A stretch of DNA of 53,011 nt, filler included, from Sphacelaria rigidula (taxonomy: Eukaryota): the NCBI GenBank assembly GCA_964200075.2. It is 3 parts of 3 records of this genome, joined end to end, with 100 filler letters (N's around TTAATTAATTAA, not from the genome) between each part and the next. Parts side by side here need not be neighbours in the genome. Positions count along the whole stretch, not along the records: positions 1 to 17,608 come from CAXNAA020001030.1; 2 more parts are not named here. The stretch is one strand, 5' to 3'. Below the pieces are notes generated by a model. It did not search any database. It was not told where the DNA came from and worked only from the letters and a program-made list of their open reading frames with translations. The position numbers and the translations under genes are program-made. Below, one piece after another: positions 1-14,011 of the stretch. The first letter of the stretch is position 1, and each line of letters starts with the position of its first letter.

Positions 1-567
1 AAGAGACCCCGTCAAAAAATTTTGGCAAAAAAAACAGCCCCCCCCCCCCCCCCCCAAAATGCAAACCCCCCCCCCCCCCCCCCCCCAGTGCCCGAGTTTG
101 TGTTAGTTGGTTTTATCGGGCGATACGAGTAGATATCCCGTTTATCAGAAGGGTGCCCATTGGCCGTGAAACGCAGTTTTTCGGTTCTAGTCCAAACCTA
201 TATTCACAAATACGATCGAGACAGGCTCGATCGACCGAAAATATTCGATAGCCAGAATCTGGGCTGAAACGTGTCAGGACCCCGATGACCGATCAGACCG
301 TAAGTCACTCAACATTGAGTACAGATTTGTTTTTTTCTTGGAATATATAGCAGATACAATTATTTTCAGATCCCCAATGCGATGAGCGGTGGTACGCGAA
401 GGAGCCTGAGACAATCGCCAATCACGAAGAAATGGCAACATGAATACTTCAGGCGTCCAGTACTGTAGCACACAAATGCATTTCTTTTAGGGGGTGCGTG
501 TACGTTCAACTACAGTAGTTTATGAACACGATGATCCTCGTTTCACGTTGTGTGTTTTCGTTGCAAG

Positions 568-2660
568 GTGCTGCTCGCACAACTGCTCGACTGGACGGCG
601 ATTCTTGGGTGTTGGACGGCACAAAGGCGTGGATCACCAATGCCCATGACGCACAGTCGACAATAGTGTTCGCCAGCACCGATAACTCCAAGAAGCACAA
701 GTGAGAAGTGCTATAACTTGTGCTACTTCCTTGCAGTCGCAAGAAACACGTATATTCACAAACAACCGCTTCACTCAGCTCTAACAGAGACGATACGATA
801 CGATGAGATAAGTCGCCGAAAGAGTAAAGCCTGATAAAAGTGGACGGACTGCGGGCGTGCCAATCAAATGCTGTGTGCTCATACGGGACAAGGCAGGTAC
901 CCGCGGAGAGCTGGATTGGTCTCTGAAACTCCGGAGTTGCCCGAGGAACGGTAGGGAAAAAAAAAAAACGAGTTGACACAAAAAAATTAAAAAGTGAAGA
1001 CTCGTGGCGAGTGTGAGTAGCGAGCACGTGAAAGAAGCACGCGCACTGTGAGAAGAGTATGGCTACTGACATGTCGGTAGATGATACTGTGATTGCACCG
1101 TATGGTAACCTCTGTGATATCCGGTAGAGATAACTTTCAGTGTGCACATGTAGATGCGAGAAATCGCGTGACCAATCAAGTACAGATATTGCACGCGAGC
1201 GCTTCAATCAATCACGATAACTTACACCGGGTGTGCTGAAAACAAGAACCAAGCATATGTACCCTGGTTAATCATGAATCAAAGTTCGAGGTAAAATTAT
1301 TAAACTGTGAACCGGGTGGGTGATGACAAATACGGTTGTCCAGAACAGTAACCGTTTGTCAACCGCATGTGGCTAATGTTGACTGATTAATAGATTGATT
1401 GTCGCACATTCGCTGATCTCCAAAGTTCAGCCGCGGTCACCAGATGAACGTGCAGGATAAGGGCTGAGGGTAAAAAGTAACGGAAACGCTCGCCAAAGGA
1501 AGGTCGGTGGAGGGAGAGAATGAAAATAGGGAGGAATGAGTGCAGTGAAGAAAGAGAAGCGGAGAGAACAGCGTAAATTGACGAAAAATAACAGAACAAC
1601 AACGAAAGCATAACACGTCTCACATACCACGACAAGGACACGTGGAGGAAGGAGGGGAGGAAAGGAACGGAGAAATAATCACCTGTCCTGGTGGAGAAAA
1701 ACAAACAGTAACGAGAACAACACGGACGGTGGCTGGCCCCTGCCGCATGGCTTTGGATAAGAAGGCCGGAAAAAATCAGTCGAAGGGGAAGAGAAAGAAG
1801 GAGAGACAGATACAGAGAGAGCTGTGGACGCAAGTTACGAGTTTTCGGTGTATCACACTAGAGGGACGTGAACTCTCATGCGCGTGCTCTGCGGGAACGA
1901 CCACAGCTACAGCATTGATGTTTAATGAAGTAGTCTTGAGAGTTCAAGCGAGCAGTTTGAAGCACGAGCAAGGAGCAAAACGTGACGAAGTGCGAATATT
2001 ACCGCGCAAGTTGTGCAGAGACCCCAGTCAAAGCTTGGTGTTGCGTGCTGCAGTTTCAGTCGTTTCGTGCGGGTCAGCGTGCACTGTGTTCTCCCGCATC
2101 ATGCGAAACACATACCGGTGTTCATCGAGGAACTTTTTAACGTCCTCATATTCGTCGTTGGGTGCGGTCCCGTCATTACTACAGGGGGATCAGTGCTTTC
2201 ATCGTGCCTCTGGATTCCCCCGGGATGTCCCTCGGCAAAAAGGAAGACAAGCTCGGCATCAGAGCCTCGTCCACGGCCAACCTTATCATGGAGGGCTGCA
2301 GGGTGCCCAAGTCTAATCTACTCGGGGAGGAGGGTATGGGGTTCAAGATCGCGATGGGCACACTGGATGCGGGTCGCATCGGTATTGCGGGTCAGGTCAG
2401 TCAATGGGATTTTTGCGCACGGGAAGGGGTGGCATGAGAAATGAAGAGCTGTACCACACCCATAGGTTTTTATGAGCTAAATTTTTGTGGCGCGCACGCG
2501 GGGGGGGAAGGGGGGGGGGGGGGGGGGGGGGCCCTCCCGTGTTCTAGGCCGCCCGACGTGGTCAGACCTCTAAAATTGAGGTTTGTTTAAGTGTTTTGGG
2601 GTGGAAAAGGGNNNNNNNNNNCGCGTTGTTGTGTACGGGGTGTTTGGGTGGGAGTGGTGT

Positions 2661-2710
<50 letters not shown>

Positions 2711-5700
2711 CACTCCTAGTTGCTAGGCCGCCAGACTTGGTCAGACCTGTAAAGTTGAAGTTCGTTTAAGTCTTGAGGTGCTGAAAAGCGTGTTGCTGGA
2801 CTCGGAGTAGGGATGCAAACTGTTTTAGACAGATTGATACGCGTTGAGTGGAGGTAAGCAAAGCCAAACTGATGTGAGTTTTGAAGAAACAGTGAATTGG
2901 TTGCGGGCGTACTATTGTGTTGCTTGTGTTAGTCATATAACCATTGAACACGCATCCGTTTTGAGACGGAGCACCGTTCCTAGTCCTGATAAAGGCACAT
3001 CCAACACATGGGCGCGAAGTACATTTTCCCCTTACATTACGCAAAAGACCTCTTCATAACTCATCCCCTTCCTTGTTCGCCGTCTGTAGCCACCATCTAT
3101 CTCCTAGTATAGCGGTCATTTACTCGCTACTATTTGACACGATTTCATGCCACAATTGCCTAGTCTCCTCATCTCCTGAAGCACGTCCCGTTCGTCCTTG
3201 TATAGTTGACATTCTCCCCCTGCATGGATTCTACACCGTGTTGCTTCGCCACAGGGGAAATTCTGTGCGTCTACTTCATCCTCCACCGTACTACTGGTGT
3301 ACCCTTTCTTTTCCCCAGCAGATTCAGGTCTCTCACCCGAGATCGCAATTTCAGCATTTTCGTGATCTGTATTGAGCTTTGCAAATATGAATTCATCCGT
3401 ATCCCTTGTGTCAACCCTCGGTTATCTCCAGGTGCTCTTCCTTGTCCACCTTGTTTCTTAGCGCTACTTTCCCCCTTACTTCTATCCCTTCTTTTGCGTT
3501 TGTCTTGTACCCCTGAATTCACGTCTGGAGATTATTTTATCTTGGTTTTTCGACGACGCTCTCCCACCTCATTCCAACCTTCCCTCTCGATACTCTCTTC
3601 CATACGGCCGTATCAACAGTGTGCGTTGTGTGTGTTGTCATTCCATCTTTTCTGCACACCAATCTACACCTTTCGGTATATCTGGGTGCATCATCCGGGG
3701 TCACACAGGAGAAAGATCAGCACAGGAGTTCTTGTTTATTTTGTTCAGTACTCCACCTTCCTTCTACGGTCCTCGCCTTATTTTATCGCGGGAGGGGTTC
3801 AGCGATCCCTTCCCCTCGTTGAGAGTGACGTCGAATTTTGTGTACTCACGATGTAGTCGCTCTCCACTGTCGGGCATGACGTGAGAAAGAACAGGTCGTG
3901 TGACTTGACCGAGATTCGAACCCACGACCAAACCGTCAGAAGGTTTCGAGGTTACCAAGTATAGCACCTGGGCGACCGGCATCAACTATGGCTGGTAATC
4001 TCCGTGCGTCTAGTTGGTTGTGTTATAATATCATCTCGAAAATTCTCAGACCTATTTTTGTTTCAAAGTGGACCGTAGGAGTGACGAGAAAAACTTGCCA
4101 CACATTACGGCTGCTAAAACAGCGGTGGAATGGCTTGTAACAGGCAAGAGAGTATTCTCTCTTCGATTTTAAGAAAGTGGTGATGCGGTCGACGTACAGC
4201 GAGACACACGGCTTTTCCATGAATCCACGCCATGCACTTGTTTGTTCACCCAGGAAATGAAAGACAGTGGGTGCGTTTTCAATTTTGCTCTCAATACTGT
4301 ATTACTCGTCGTTGGTGAGCATCCAAGTATTTTCTTAGCTTCTGTCATCTACACTGTTTCCAGCTGCTTCACAAACCGCGCATTCCCTTTCTATGCTTTT
4401 CCTGCATAAATGGATTCTAGCTTTGGTATAATCACCGTCAGAAAACATCTTTTGATCCCAGTATCGAGGTCCGAGTCTCTTAGGATCACGTCCGTCTTGC
4501 CTACTTGTGCCTTGCCCTTTCCTCTTATTCTATGTGCGCATCGCAAGAACACCTTTTCGGTATCTCGACGCCAGGGTATGTGTGTTGGTCTACGATCGGC
4601 AATTCCTCTTTTCCTCACTTTGGTTTCTCCGGATTCTCGTTATCTTTGTTACATACAACTAATGCGGAACTATTTACGTTCGCTTTCACTCCCCATTTCC
4701 TGGTGTATTCTAGTACCTTCCCCCATTTTTTCTGCATTCCTTCCGGTGTTTTTGATGCTCCCAAGAAATCAGCTGCGAGCATCAATCCTGACACGATATC
4801 TTTCCTTATCATGACTTCTTGCTTTGCTGCTCCTACTGAGCGCCAGAATGCAGGAAGTGTCTCTATTAGGAGTAGGAACGGTGCTCCGTCTCGAAAGGGA
4901 TGCGTTGTCAATGGTCGAACGACTAAGGCAAGCAATAAATGAGCACTACTACTACCATGCCATTATTTAATACCTAGAAGAAGGTGTTCTTCAGTTTTGT
5001 TTTGTCTTGGGTATGACTATGATGTGGCCACGACTGGATCCCTGGGAGGTCAATTAAAGTGCGATAATCACTCAATGAATGAATGAATCAAGGTGGGTGA
5101 TATTACGCATCCTTGTGCGATTCGTCGAAAAATATCAACACATTTCGATATTTTCACATGTAGCATCATAGCACTTCTCGCACACTCAGTCATCTTTTGC
5201 ACCACTCTCCGTATCTTTCACCTGTCCCAGTTTCCTTAATCTTTTTCACAGCCCTATTGTCCGTCCTGCCATGGACCGTTTGTTCTCTACAAAAAGAAAA
5301 GTACTTTGTCAGCCCCGCGTCTTCTCCTGCCTTGAATAATCTCACCTATTACGTACACATGATCTATGCAGCTACGGTTTGGTCTAAACCCTGCTTGCCC
5401 TTCGCTGATTTTTAAGCTTCTGCAGCATCGTTCGCATTCTATCCTTCAAAATATTACAAAATGGTTTTACTGTAGTGCCTATCAATAGTAGCATTATCCC
5501 TCTATAATTCTCGGGGCCAGTTTTGTCTCCTTTCTTTGATCGCTCGACTGCTTTTCCTTCTCTCCACCTCTTGGGTGTGTGCTCGTTCTCCCAGATCCAA
5601 TGTTACCTCATAGCTGTTACTCCTCCTGCTCCTGGCCTACCCCCGGCTGGGGTGGGCCGAGAACCATCAGTGATGTTGAAACACGCAAAGATAACCGACC

Positions 5701-8700
5701 AATGATTGTGGAGCAGAGGAGGGTAGCAGACACGAGTTCGAGCCTAGTGTCGACGTGGACCCTAGGGTTGGGCAATAGAAGGTACATTGGTGACGAGATT
5801 TTAGTGTACCTCGTATCGAATCGAACACTCGATTATCACCCCCGACTGTCCCTACTGGGGTGGGCAGAAGTCTTCCAGTCATCTTGGACCGCACAAAGCA
5901 CATTCAACGACGGCGAAGACACGAGCCCGAGCCTCGTATCAACGGGGAACCTGAGTGAGAGATTAGCGGCACGGCGATCGCAAGATTGGTGTGTGCTTCT
6001 TTGTGGAACAAATTTGACATGGGCATGGGGTTGAAATCTGAAGCCCGGCCTGGACCCCAGCGCTATGCAGGACACCTGGACCCCAGCAATGTCGGAAGCA
6101 CTCAGGGCCGCGTGTAAGGGAGTACGCACAACAATAGACGATATGTCCATGCACACCTGGAGAAGCATTTGGCGAGGTTGGAAGCGATTTACAAGGATCC
6201 CGACATGAGAGGCCTCTGCAAACACCTCAAGAGATCGGTGAGTCTTGGCGGGAGGCAATTAGGGGGACAGCAGTGCATCAAGGACGAGGACGGTATTCTG
6301 CTGAGGAAGACAATCGAAATCTCAACACAGTGGGCGACGTTCTTCCCCACCCTGCTCGACACCAAATCGCCCACTCCGAACCTCAGCCGTCATCGAGGAG
6401 GTGAAGCAGCGACCGACAGCGTCACCCGCCAGAGATTTGGTTCCGCTTGGTTCAGCACCAACGCTGGGGGAGACCAAGCCGTGCGAGGGATGCACAACTG
6501 GAGAGCGCCGTGACACGAATCCCTCCCTGTAGAGCTACTTAAGATCAACGGCGCGCCGAACCCATCCTTCTCGCATGCTTTCATGTCATTCTCGTCGAGG
6601 CATGGTACGAAGGGGAGGTCCCACAGCACGAGAAAGCCGCAACCATCAAAATGTTCGACGAGAAATCGGATCGGTCCAACGGCAATAACTGCAGGGGGAT
6701 CTTACTCGTCTCGCACACAGAAAACGTGTTCCCGGAGATGGTGTCTAACCGCCTCAGCGCCTACTGCAAATCTCACGAGATACTACCGGAGGATCAGTGA
6801 GGCTTCTGACCTGATCGATCCATCTTCGACATGCTGTTGGTTGTGCGCCGACTCCAGGAGCTGGGGCAGCGGCGTAGAAACACGCTGTACATGTGCTTCG
6901 ACGACTTCCAGAAGGCTTATAACGCGATCGACCGAGAGCTTCTGTTGCAGGTGCTGGCCCGAGCTGGTATTCTGGATATGGTGACATTAGTTATCCACCA
7001 ATTCCACGGCACTATGCCAGGCCGTGAACGCATGGACGACGGGCAGCTCTCCGAGTTCGAGGGGCCACACAGGGACTACGGCAAGGATGTGTGTTGTCTC
7101 CGCTGCTGTCCAACATTTTATTCACAGCAACTCTCGGGCTAGTGCTCTTGTGATTCAGCGATGACACTATTATCCTGAAGGGCATGGTATACCACGACGA
7201 GAAAACAGGGGGGGCGGGGGGGGTGGAGACACCTCTGGAACTCGTACGGAGAGCGGTGTGGGGAGTGCTCTATGCCGACAACGCCGGCGTCGTCTCAAGA
7301 TCCCTCGATGGCGTGGCGAAGATGATGGCCGTTTTAGTGGACGTGTACGGGGCCTTTGGACTGACGGTGTCAAAGAAGATGGAGAGTCTTGATGCGAGTA
7401 CCGGAGAAACGAACAAACAAGGGGGAGTCACTGACACCACGTCGCTCACCACTGGTCATCGAAACAGCGCTTCAGCTGCACGCCCAAACACCTGTGTGCC
7501 GATACTTGGACGGGTTTGTCACCGAGAATGGCTACGCTGTAACTATACAAGAGATCAACAACCGGAGCAGGGCAGCGTGAGTGTGCATCAGGAAATTCCA
7601 CCGGGAGCCCTTACACCGACCGACAGCACGGTGAACACTCAAGATCCGACTGTTGAAAAAGGAGCACTGTACCGATGCATGACGTGGGCCCCGCGCCGCG
7701 AGCCCGAAAGTTTCTGAGAATGATATACTACCTGCTCCTCCTTTTACCGGATAAAGTACCACCGCGTGCATGGCACATACCGACAACTTTCGTACACCCA
7801 GGCCGTGAAGAAGATCGGATGTCAAAGTGCTAAGGCCATCGCCCGGCAACGGCGACTGCTGTTCGTGGGAGCTTGGCTAGACAACCGGACGGACAACTCG
7901 AAGCGACTGGCATTCGGAACACTCGTGGGAAGGAAGGATCCAGGACCACGGTGCCGGGAGAAAAACTCGCCGAAGTGCCTGATGGATGATCTCTGGCTTT
8001 CGGAGCTACAGAGGGCTCTACGTACGACAACTAACATACGTTCGGAGTGGACAGCGTCTTTTGGCGCTCAGCAGAGAAGGAGGGGGGGTTGCCGTGGCGC
8101 ACCGGGATCCTGCAGGGAACAGAGAGGTTCATGACCTCATGGCACAGGGATGGCGAGGAGGCGAGCCGAATGTGTGTGTGTGTGTGTTATGTTGTGTTGT
8201 GTTGTGTTGTGTTGTGTTGTGTTGTGTTATCATCCCATTCCTTCTGGACGTCGGGCTACACCTTTCGGTATATGTGGGCGCATCAGCCAGGGCCACACAG
8301 GAGGAAGGTCAACACGGGATTTTGTTTTGGTTCTCCATCTTTCTTCTGCGGTGCCTGCCTTTATTTTTTATCACGAGAGGGGTTCAGCGGTCCCTTTCCC
8401 TCGTCGACCGTTGAGTCGAAATTTGTGTACCAACGACATAGTCGCTTTCCACCGTTGGGCGTTCTGTGAGAAAAAATACGAGATCGCTCCGAAATTCGAA
8501 CCCACACCCCAACCGTCAGGAGATTTCGAGGATTCCAACTGAGCCAACAGGGCAACCGGCATACAGACGAATAAACTGGACTTAAGAGGAAATCAACGCA
8601 ACGGTGACGTGCTCAGAGGAGGGGGGAGGATAGACGGGAGAATAAGCGAAGAAATGTGCAAATTGAGGATGCCAGGAGAGCAGGATGGAGATGACAACGT

Positions 8701-11700
8701 ATAGCCCGATATGAACCGAACTGAACATGGCGGAGTTGGCTGGAATAGCCACCATTTCCCAGTGTATTATTTTTCCTTGCAGATTCCTTCCTTCTTTTGT
8801 ACCCCTCCGCCGATGTGGTATGTTGGTATATGGTGTTTTTCTTGTCATGCCTAGCAAACTGTATATTTGGCTGTGCCTCAAATGTCTGCGTACGGCGGGG
8901 TGTACCTTATCGGCGAAACCCGACATGGAATATTCCAACTTGATACAAATGTAGGGCACCGCGACTTTGGTCTTGGAATTGAGTTTTCAAGTAGCATGCG
9001 TGCCTTCTTTTCTTTTAGGCCCCCCGGGTGCGTATAGAATTAGGCTTGGACAGGACGGAGCGAAATAAACCCCGGCGGGCAATACACCCCGACTCCGGCC
9101 TAGTAGAGGTACACGTATGAAACCATGCGATTCTTAGTTCTATGATGATATTTGGTTCTTGAGTTTGGCTTTATTATATATCTGTTTGACTTCGCGTGTC
9201 GAGTGGGAACATTGGGCTTCGCCCCCAGTAGCCCCAATGGTCGCCGGCGGCACAGGCTCTAACAAGGTCAACAATAATTATTTTTGTTTGTATCGCGTCT
9301 GAGTTGATTTTTCTAGATCCTAGTATACTTTTCTTGATTTCTTTCGTACCTTATTTATGTAGTTAGCCTGTGACCACGGAAAGCGACGGTGTCAGATACC
9401 CAGTACGGCAGAAAAAACAACAAACCACCATGGTAATCATTCCCTCTCCCACTTGCTTCGTGAATTCATTGACTACTTGGGCTGCCCGTGTGGCCCTTTT
9501 AGTCTCAAGTTCACCTATGCATCCCTCATCTGCCTCGCTTGTGAGCCCTCTCTACAGTTCTTTTGAACCACTACGTTCCCGTTGTGATGCCTCTACACAT
9601 GCTTCTGCCTACGCGTTGAGTATTTTCTCGAATTCAGCATTGGTCCTCTCGTCAGCTGTTTGTGTTCCTAGTTTTTGGTAGTGCTTTTACTAGTACCCCA
9701 CTTTTCCCCTTTTACCTACGAGCTGTTTTACCCTCCTGTGCCCCTGGTGTCATGCCCTTGTCTGCCTCTCGTACCCGTTTTCCCGGCATCCCTTTCATCC
9801 CGACCCACATTTTGCATGCCGCCATCGAAGTATTTCCTTGTTTTCTTTTTTCACATGCTTTTTCACCTCTTTTCTAGCTCCGCAGACTCCCTAACTTACC
9901 ATGGTTTTACTGGACGTATATCTTTGGGCCCATCTCCTCTATTTTATAGCCTCTTTCACCTTCCCGTCCCAACGTGTTACTGCTGTGCTAGATACTATGA
10001 GGTTCTCTCCTATGATCTTACTTGCTGTGGCGTTGACCAACCGCTTTCATCTTTCCAAACCTTCCCGCCTACCCGATCCCTTCCTTTTTCGTTCATAGCT
10101 GCACCTACGCTTTCTAGCTGTACTGCATTTCTTTGGTAATCTCTTCTTAGAACTCTCCCTGCTTTCCTTTTATTCCTAGTTTTCCTATTCTCATTTTTAC
10201 AGCTTCCTACTCCACCTTTTTTTTCATAATTCTGTCCATACCAGGCAGTGACCCTTTGTTTCTAGGTCCGCTGTGCATACAAGTACTTCGTTTTCTCACT
10301 ACTTCCCTTTTCTACCACCACATACGCAAGAATTGAGTTTTCCCACTTTTGTACGCATTGTTTAGCACACCACATCGAGGGGTTATAGAAAGTATCGGTC
10401 GCTTTCAGTTGTCTCTATACGCATGATCACTCTTGTAGCTAGTGTAGCTGATTTCAGAGGTTTTCATATTGCTTTTATGCACAAATTCGACCAGTGTGCA
10501 ATATATTCCTACAAAGCCTAGGTATTGAGGGAGAGAGGGGAGGAGAGGGAAGATGTCGGAAGTGAGAGATGTGCCATTCTTTGTTTGCTGTTGTACAATT
10601 TGTGACAAAACAAGAGGCAACATTCATTTATTCGGCGTTCATATGTGGTTTAAACAAACCATATTTGTTTCGGAACGCTGTTGTGCATGTGTCTCTGTGT
10701 GACTCTTTCATTCACCGCTCTGTCTTGACCCATGCCTTGGTGTTCTTGTGACTTTGCTGTACGTGTACCACAAGGAGTGCTTAGCGTGCGGTGTATGCTC
10801 TAGTCAACGTCGAGAGAGATGACGTGAATGCACTGCCGGGTCGCACATTCAGATTGAACCGAAGATGAAGGACTCTTGGACTAGTGACAATGCTATGCTA
10901 CCGTGTTTGCGAAGCAAGCAGACCAACGCGGGTGGATATCTAGGCACATTGTTGACCAAGAAATGCCGTCTGGTTCATCTGTTCTCCGTTCACGACATGA
11001 TGTTTGTTCCATGATTTGATGTCGGCCCTCAGCGTTCATGACTCACCATCTGCAACTATCCTGTGTCTCACCAGGCGCTCGGAATCGCCGCCGCGAGCTT
11101 GGACTGTGCCGTCAAATACTCCATGGAGCGTACGTCGTTTGGCGAACCCATAAGTCGCCTCTACGCTATTCAGGTGACACCGCTGTTTGTTTGTTCACAT
11201 GTTTTTTCGTCGGTTTGTATTTTTTTTTCTCAGTCTAATCCTTCGTTTCTGTTCCACCTTTCTGTATTCTTCGCTTCTTCAGCAAGTGTTTTCGTTTGGT
11301 TTTATCTCGGGTTTGTTCATCTTGTGACCAGGACTGGATTCTCTCTAGACCATTTACTATAATTTACTGTGCAACAATCAATCAGATCAATCGATCAACT
11401 GCTACAACTGTGCACTCTAGGAATCGTTCACACGTCGGACAACTCATAAGTCAACCCAGTTATGTGGTATAAATCATAAATTGAAAAAGGTACCGCTGGA
11501 TTATACCGAAAAAGGTACCGCTGGATTATACCGAAAAAGGTACCGCTGAGTTATGCCGTATAGCTCATGCAGTGGGAAACAGTACCTCTGAGTTATATAC
11601 CGTAGAACTGATCTCAGTGGCAGAAACGTACCGCTGAAGTACACCATATAACTCAGCCACTGTAAAAAGACAATGCTGACATATACTGTTCAACTCAACT

Positions 11701-13937
11701 AGTGGAGAAGGGTATCGCTGAGTCATACCGTATACCTAACCCAGTGATACAGGTACCACAGAGTCATGCCGCATGTGAAGTGGTCCTCAGTGACCTCGGA
11801 ACGAAAACTACGGACCTTGCTTCGCAAAATACGAGTACTGCTGACCCACCTGGTCACTGCTGCTGCTGCTGCTGCTACTGTGACTGATGAGATCCGCGTC
11901 ATTCTGTTCTCTTTTGTCTTCATCTGTTGTTGCATCCTTGGAGCCATGTCGGATGTCATACAATACCATCATGCTTTGTGCGCCGTGTGTCGCACGCAAC
12001 TCAGGCCCCTTTGTTACTTTCAACACACGCGCGCGCCTTTGTATAGATACATGTGGTGTGTGCTCGAGATGACAGATATCAGAACAGCAGGGTAGTACAA
12101 TCCAGCACGCACGCCGTACATGTTCATCTCGGAATCAACCCGAGTGGCAATACATACCGCTGACCTGTGCCGTATAACTCAGCCACTGGAAAGCGGCACG
12201 CTGAGTCGCACCGTATAACTCAGCCAGACGAAACAGGCATCGCCGTGTGATATCGTGCAACTCACCGAGTGGAAATGGGTACATCTGAAGTCTATTGTGT
12301 AGATCATCCAGCGGAAAAAGATACCACTAAGTTCTACCGCATGACTCAGCCAGTGAAAATAGGTACCACTGACATGTTCTGTATCACTCAGCGCTGAGCA
12401 AAAATGAGCTGACTCGAGTTAAGGTGAGTTGGGTTCTCCGACGTGTGGAACCGTTGTATTACGCTCTGTACTCCCCAGCAGAACGTCGGGAGTTTGGCGT
12501 GTAGTGCACCTGGGCAGCTGACCAATGGTACGATGATGTAGCGTATATGCAGCTCGGTGGCGTAGCTTGCGCATGTGACGTGTGCTGCAGGATACTGTTC
12601 ATATCTTCGTGCGCATCGTTCTGTTCCGTTTTTTCGACTCTTCGATACACCTAAACGTAGACTCTTTCGGAGTTCATTATGTTCGTACGACACTTGTCGT
12701 GTCGTGAACTGCCTTGGACCTTCGACGCTGCTGCCTGTCGCTGGGGAAACTGAACTATTGTACTTTGCTTCGTGCCTGAAATGATTGAACTCGGCAGGTG
12801 TTATTTTAAGCCTTGGGTCAATTGTGCACAGACGCACACACACAGAAACCACTTTTGTCTCGCGGTTACTTTTCGTGACGCGGAAATCCCTTTCGCGCAA
12901 CTTCACCTACTGTTCTTTTCATAAAGTACCGATTACAAAACGGTCAGCGGGTTGACCTGAACGCTGCCAGTCCAACGTATGGCCTCGAGAGGGAAGGGGG
13001 CATGTTCAGATGAATGAGTGCAATGTCTACATGAGGCACAGCAGAGTGTGCTCCGTGTATCGCCAAAACTGGACGTTTCAAGTGCTCCTACCTCACCCCC
13101 CCCCCCTCCCCCCGCACGTCCTGAAGAACAAAATTTCCGATATGAGCTTGAAGCTGGACGCAGCACGGTTGTTGACGTGGCGCGCTGCCGTCGCTCGAGA
13201 CAAGGGAGATAGCTACACCAAGGAGGCTGCTATGGCCAAGCTCTTCGCTTCTGAGGCAGCTACGTTTTGCTCGCACGCGGTAGGTCCCTGTTTCGATGAA
13301 GAGGCACTTTTTAAAAGCCACCTGTTTGTGACGGTGAACCCGTCATGGTCTACACTTGGAGAACGATGAGTAAAATACACCAATCCGCTCAGAAATGAAA
13401 ATTGCATAAGTGATCGACATAGGCAGTTTCTATCCGATTGGCGATTGGACCGTAGGGTAGTGGTGGTAAAGTCGCTTAGTGCATCTACCGTCTGTCGATC
13501 AGCTTTGAAATTTTGTCTATGACGGTACATGGTGCTGTTGATTCGACACTCGCTTGGTAGCCGTTTTTAATTCCTCTGCTCTTTTCGTTCCCTGTTTCTT
13601 CTGTAAACTTTATTGGCAGCTCTGATCGGCTTGTTTTTACGTCACCACGATCAACTCGGGGGGAGGCCATTTCTCTTCTGTTTGACGTGTCTCTCTTATT
13701 TTTTCATTTACTGTTATTTTTTATTTTTGGAGTCTAAGAAGCTATTCGAGCTCCATCTCTTTTAAGGAAAAGCAGGGACGGCATTGAAAAGACGAGCCTA
13801 TGTCTGTAACCGCGGGTTTGAGAGATCGGGTTAATGTGCGGAAGAAATACACAATAATGATGACAATAGTAATAGTGATGATAACAATAAGAATAATGAT
13901 GACAATAGTAATGATAATGATAACGATAATGATGATG

Positions 13938-14011
<74 letters not shown>

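Larger units (their letters stand above)
2900..10380 (-). mobile_element. Decayed non-LTR retrotransposon (LINE) ORF2, split by nested insertions, in an ACADS intron
   Basis: Minus-strand peptide remnants in collinear order: ...[18 protein letters not shown] (~9500-9425), [15 protein letters not shown]...ENYRGI (~5600-5495), [13 protein letters not shown]...AQGCVISPT (~5395-5095), [19 protein letters not shown]...[13 protein letters not shown] (~4790-4670; degenerate YADD region), and a 3' part down to ~2900. Many stops and frameshifts; boundaries approximate. Confidence 0.75.

Noticed and set aside
1387..2161. Long ORFs such as 1642-2316 (+), 1387-1833 (-) and 506-1207 (-)
   Set aside because: They lie in or antisense to ACADS introns, are compositionally biased and show no recognisable domain.
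2500..2790. Direct repeat CTAGGCCGCC...GGTCAGACCT flanking long poly-G runs
   Set aside because: The copies sit on either side of a 10-N gap next to homopolymers; most likely the same locus read twice at low quality.
8485..8560. Functional tRNA gene (also 3905-3980 and 20086-20160)
   Set aside because: A and B boxes are present but there is no proper acceptor stem, and each is attached to a shared body and tail, so these are SINE heads.
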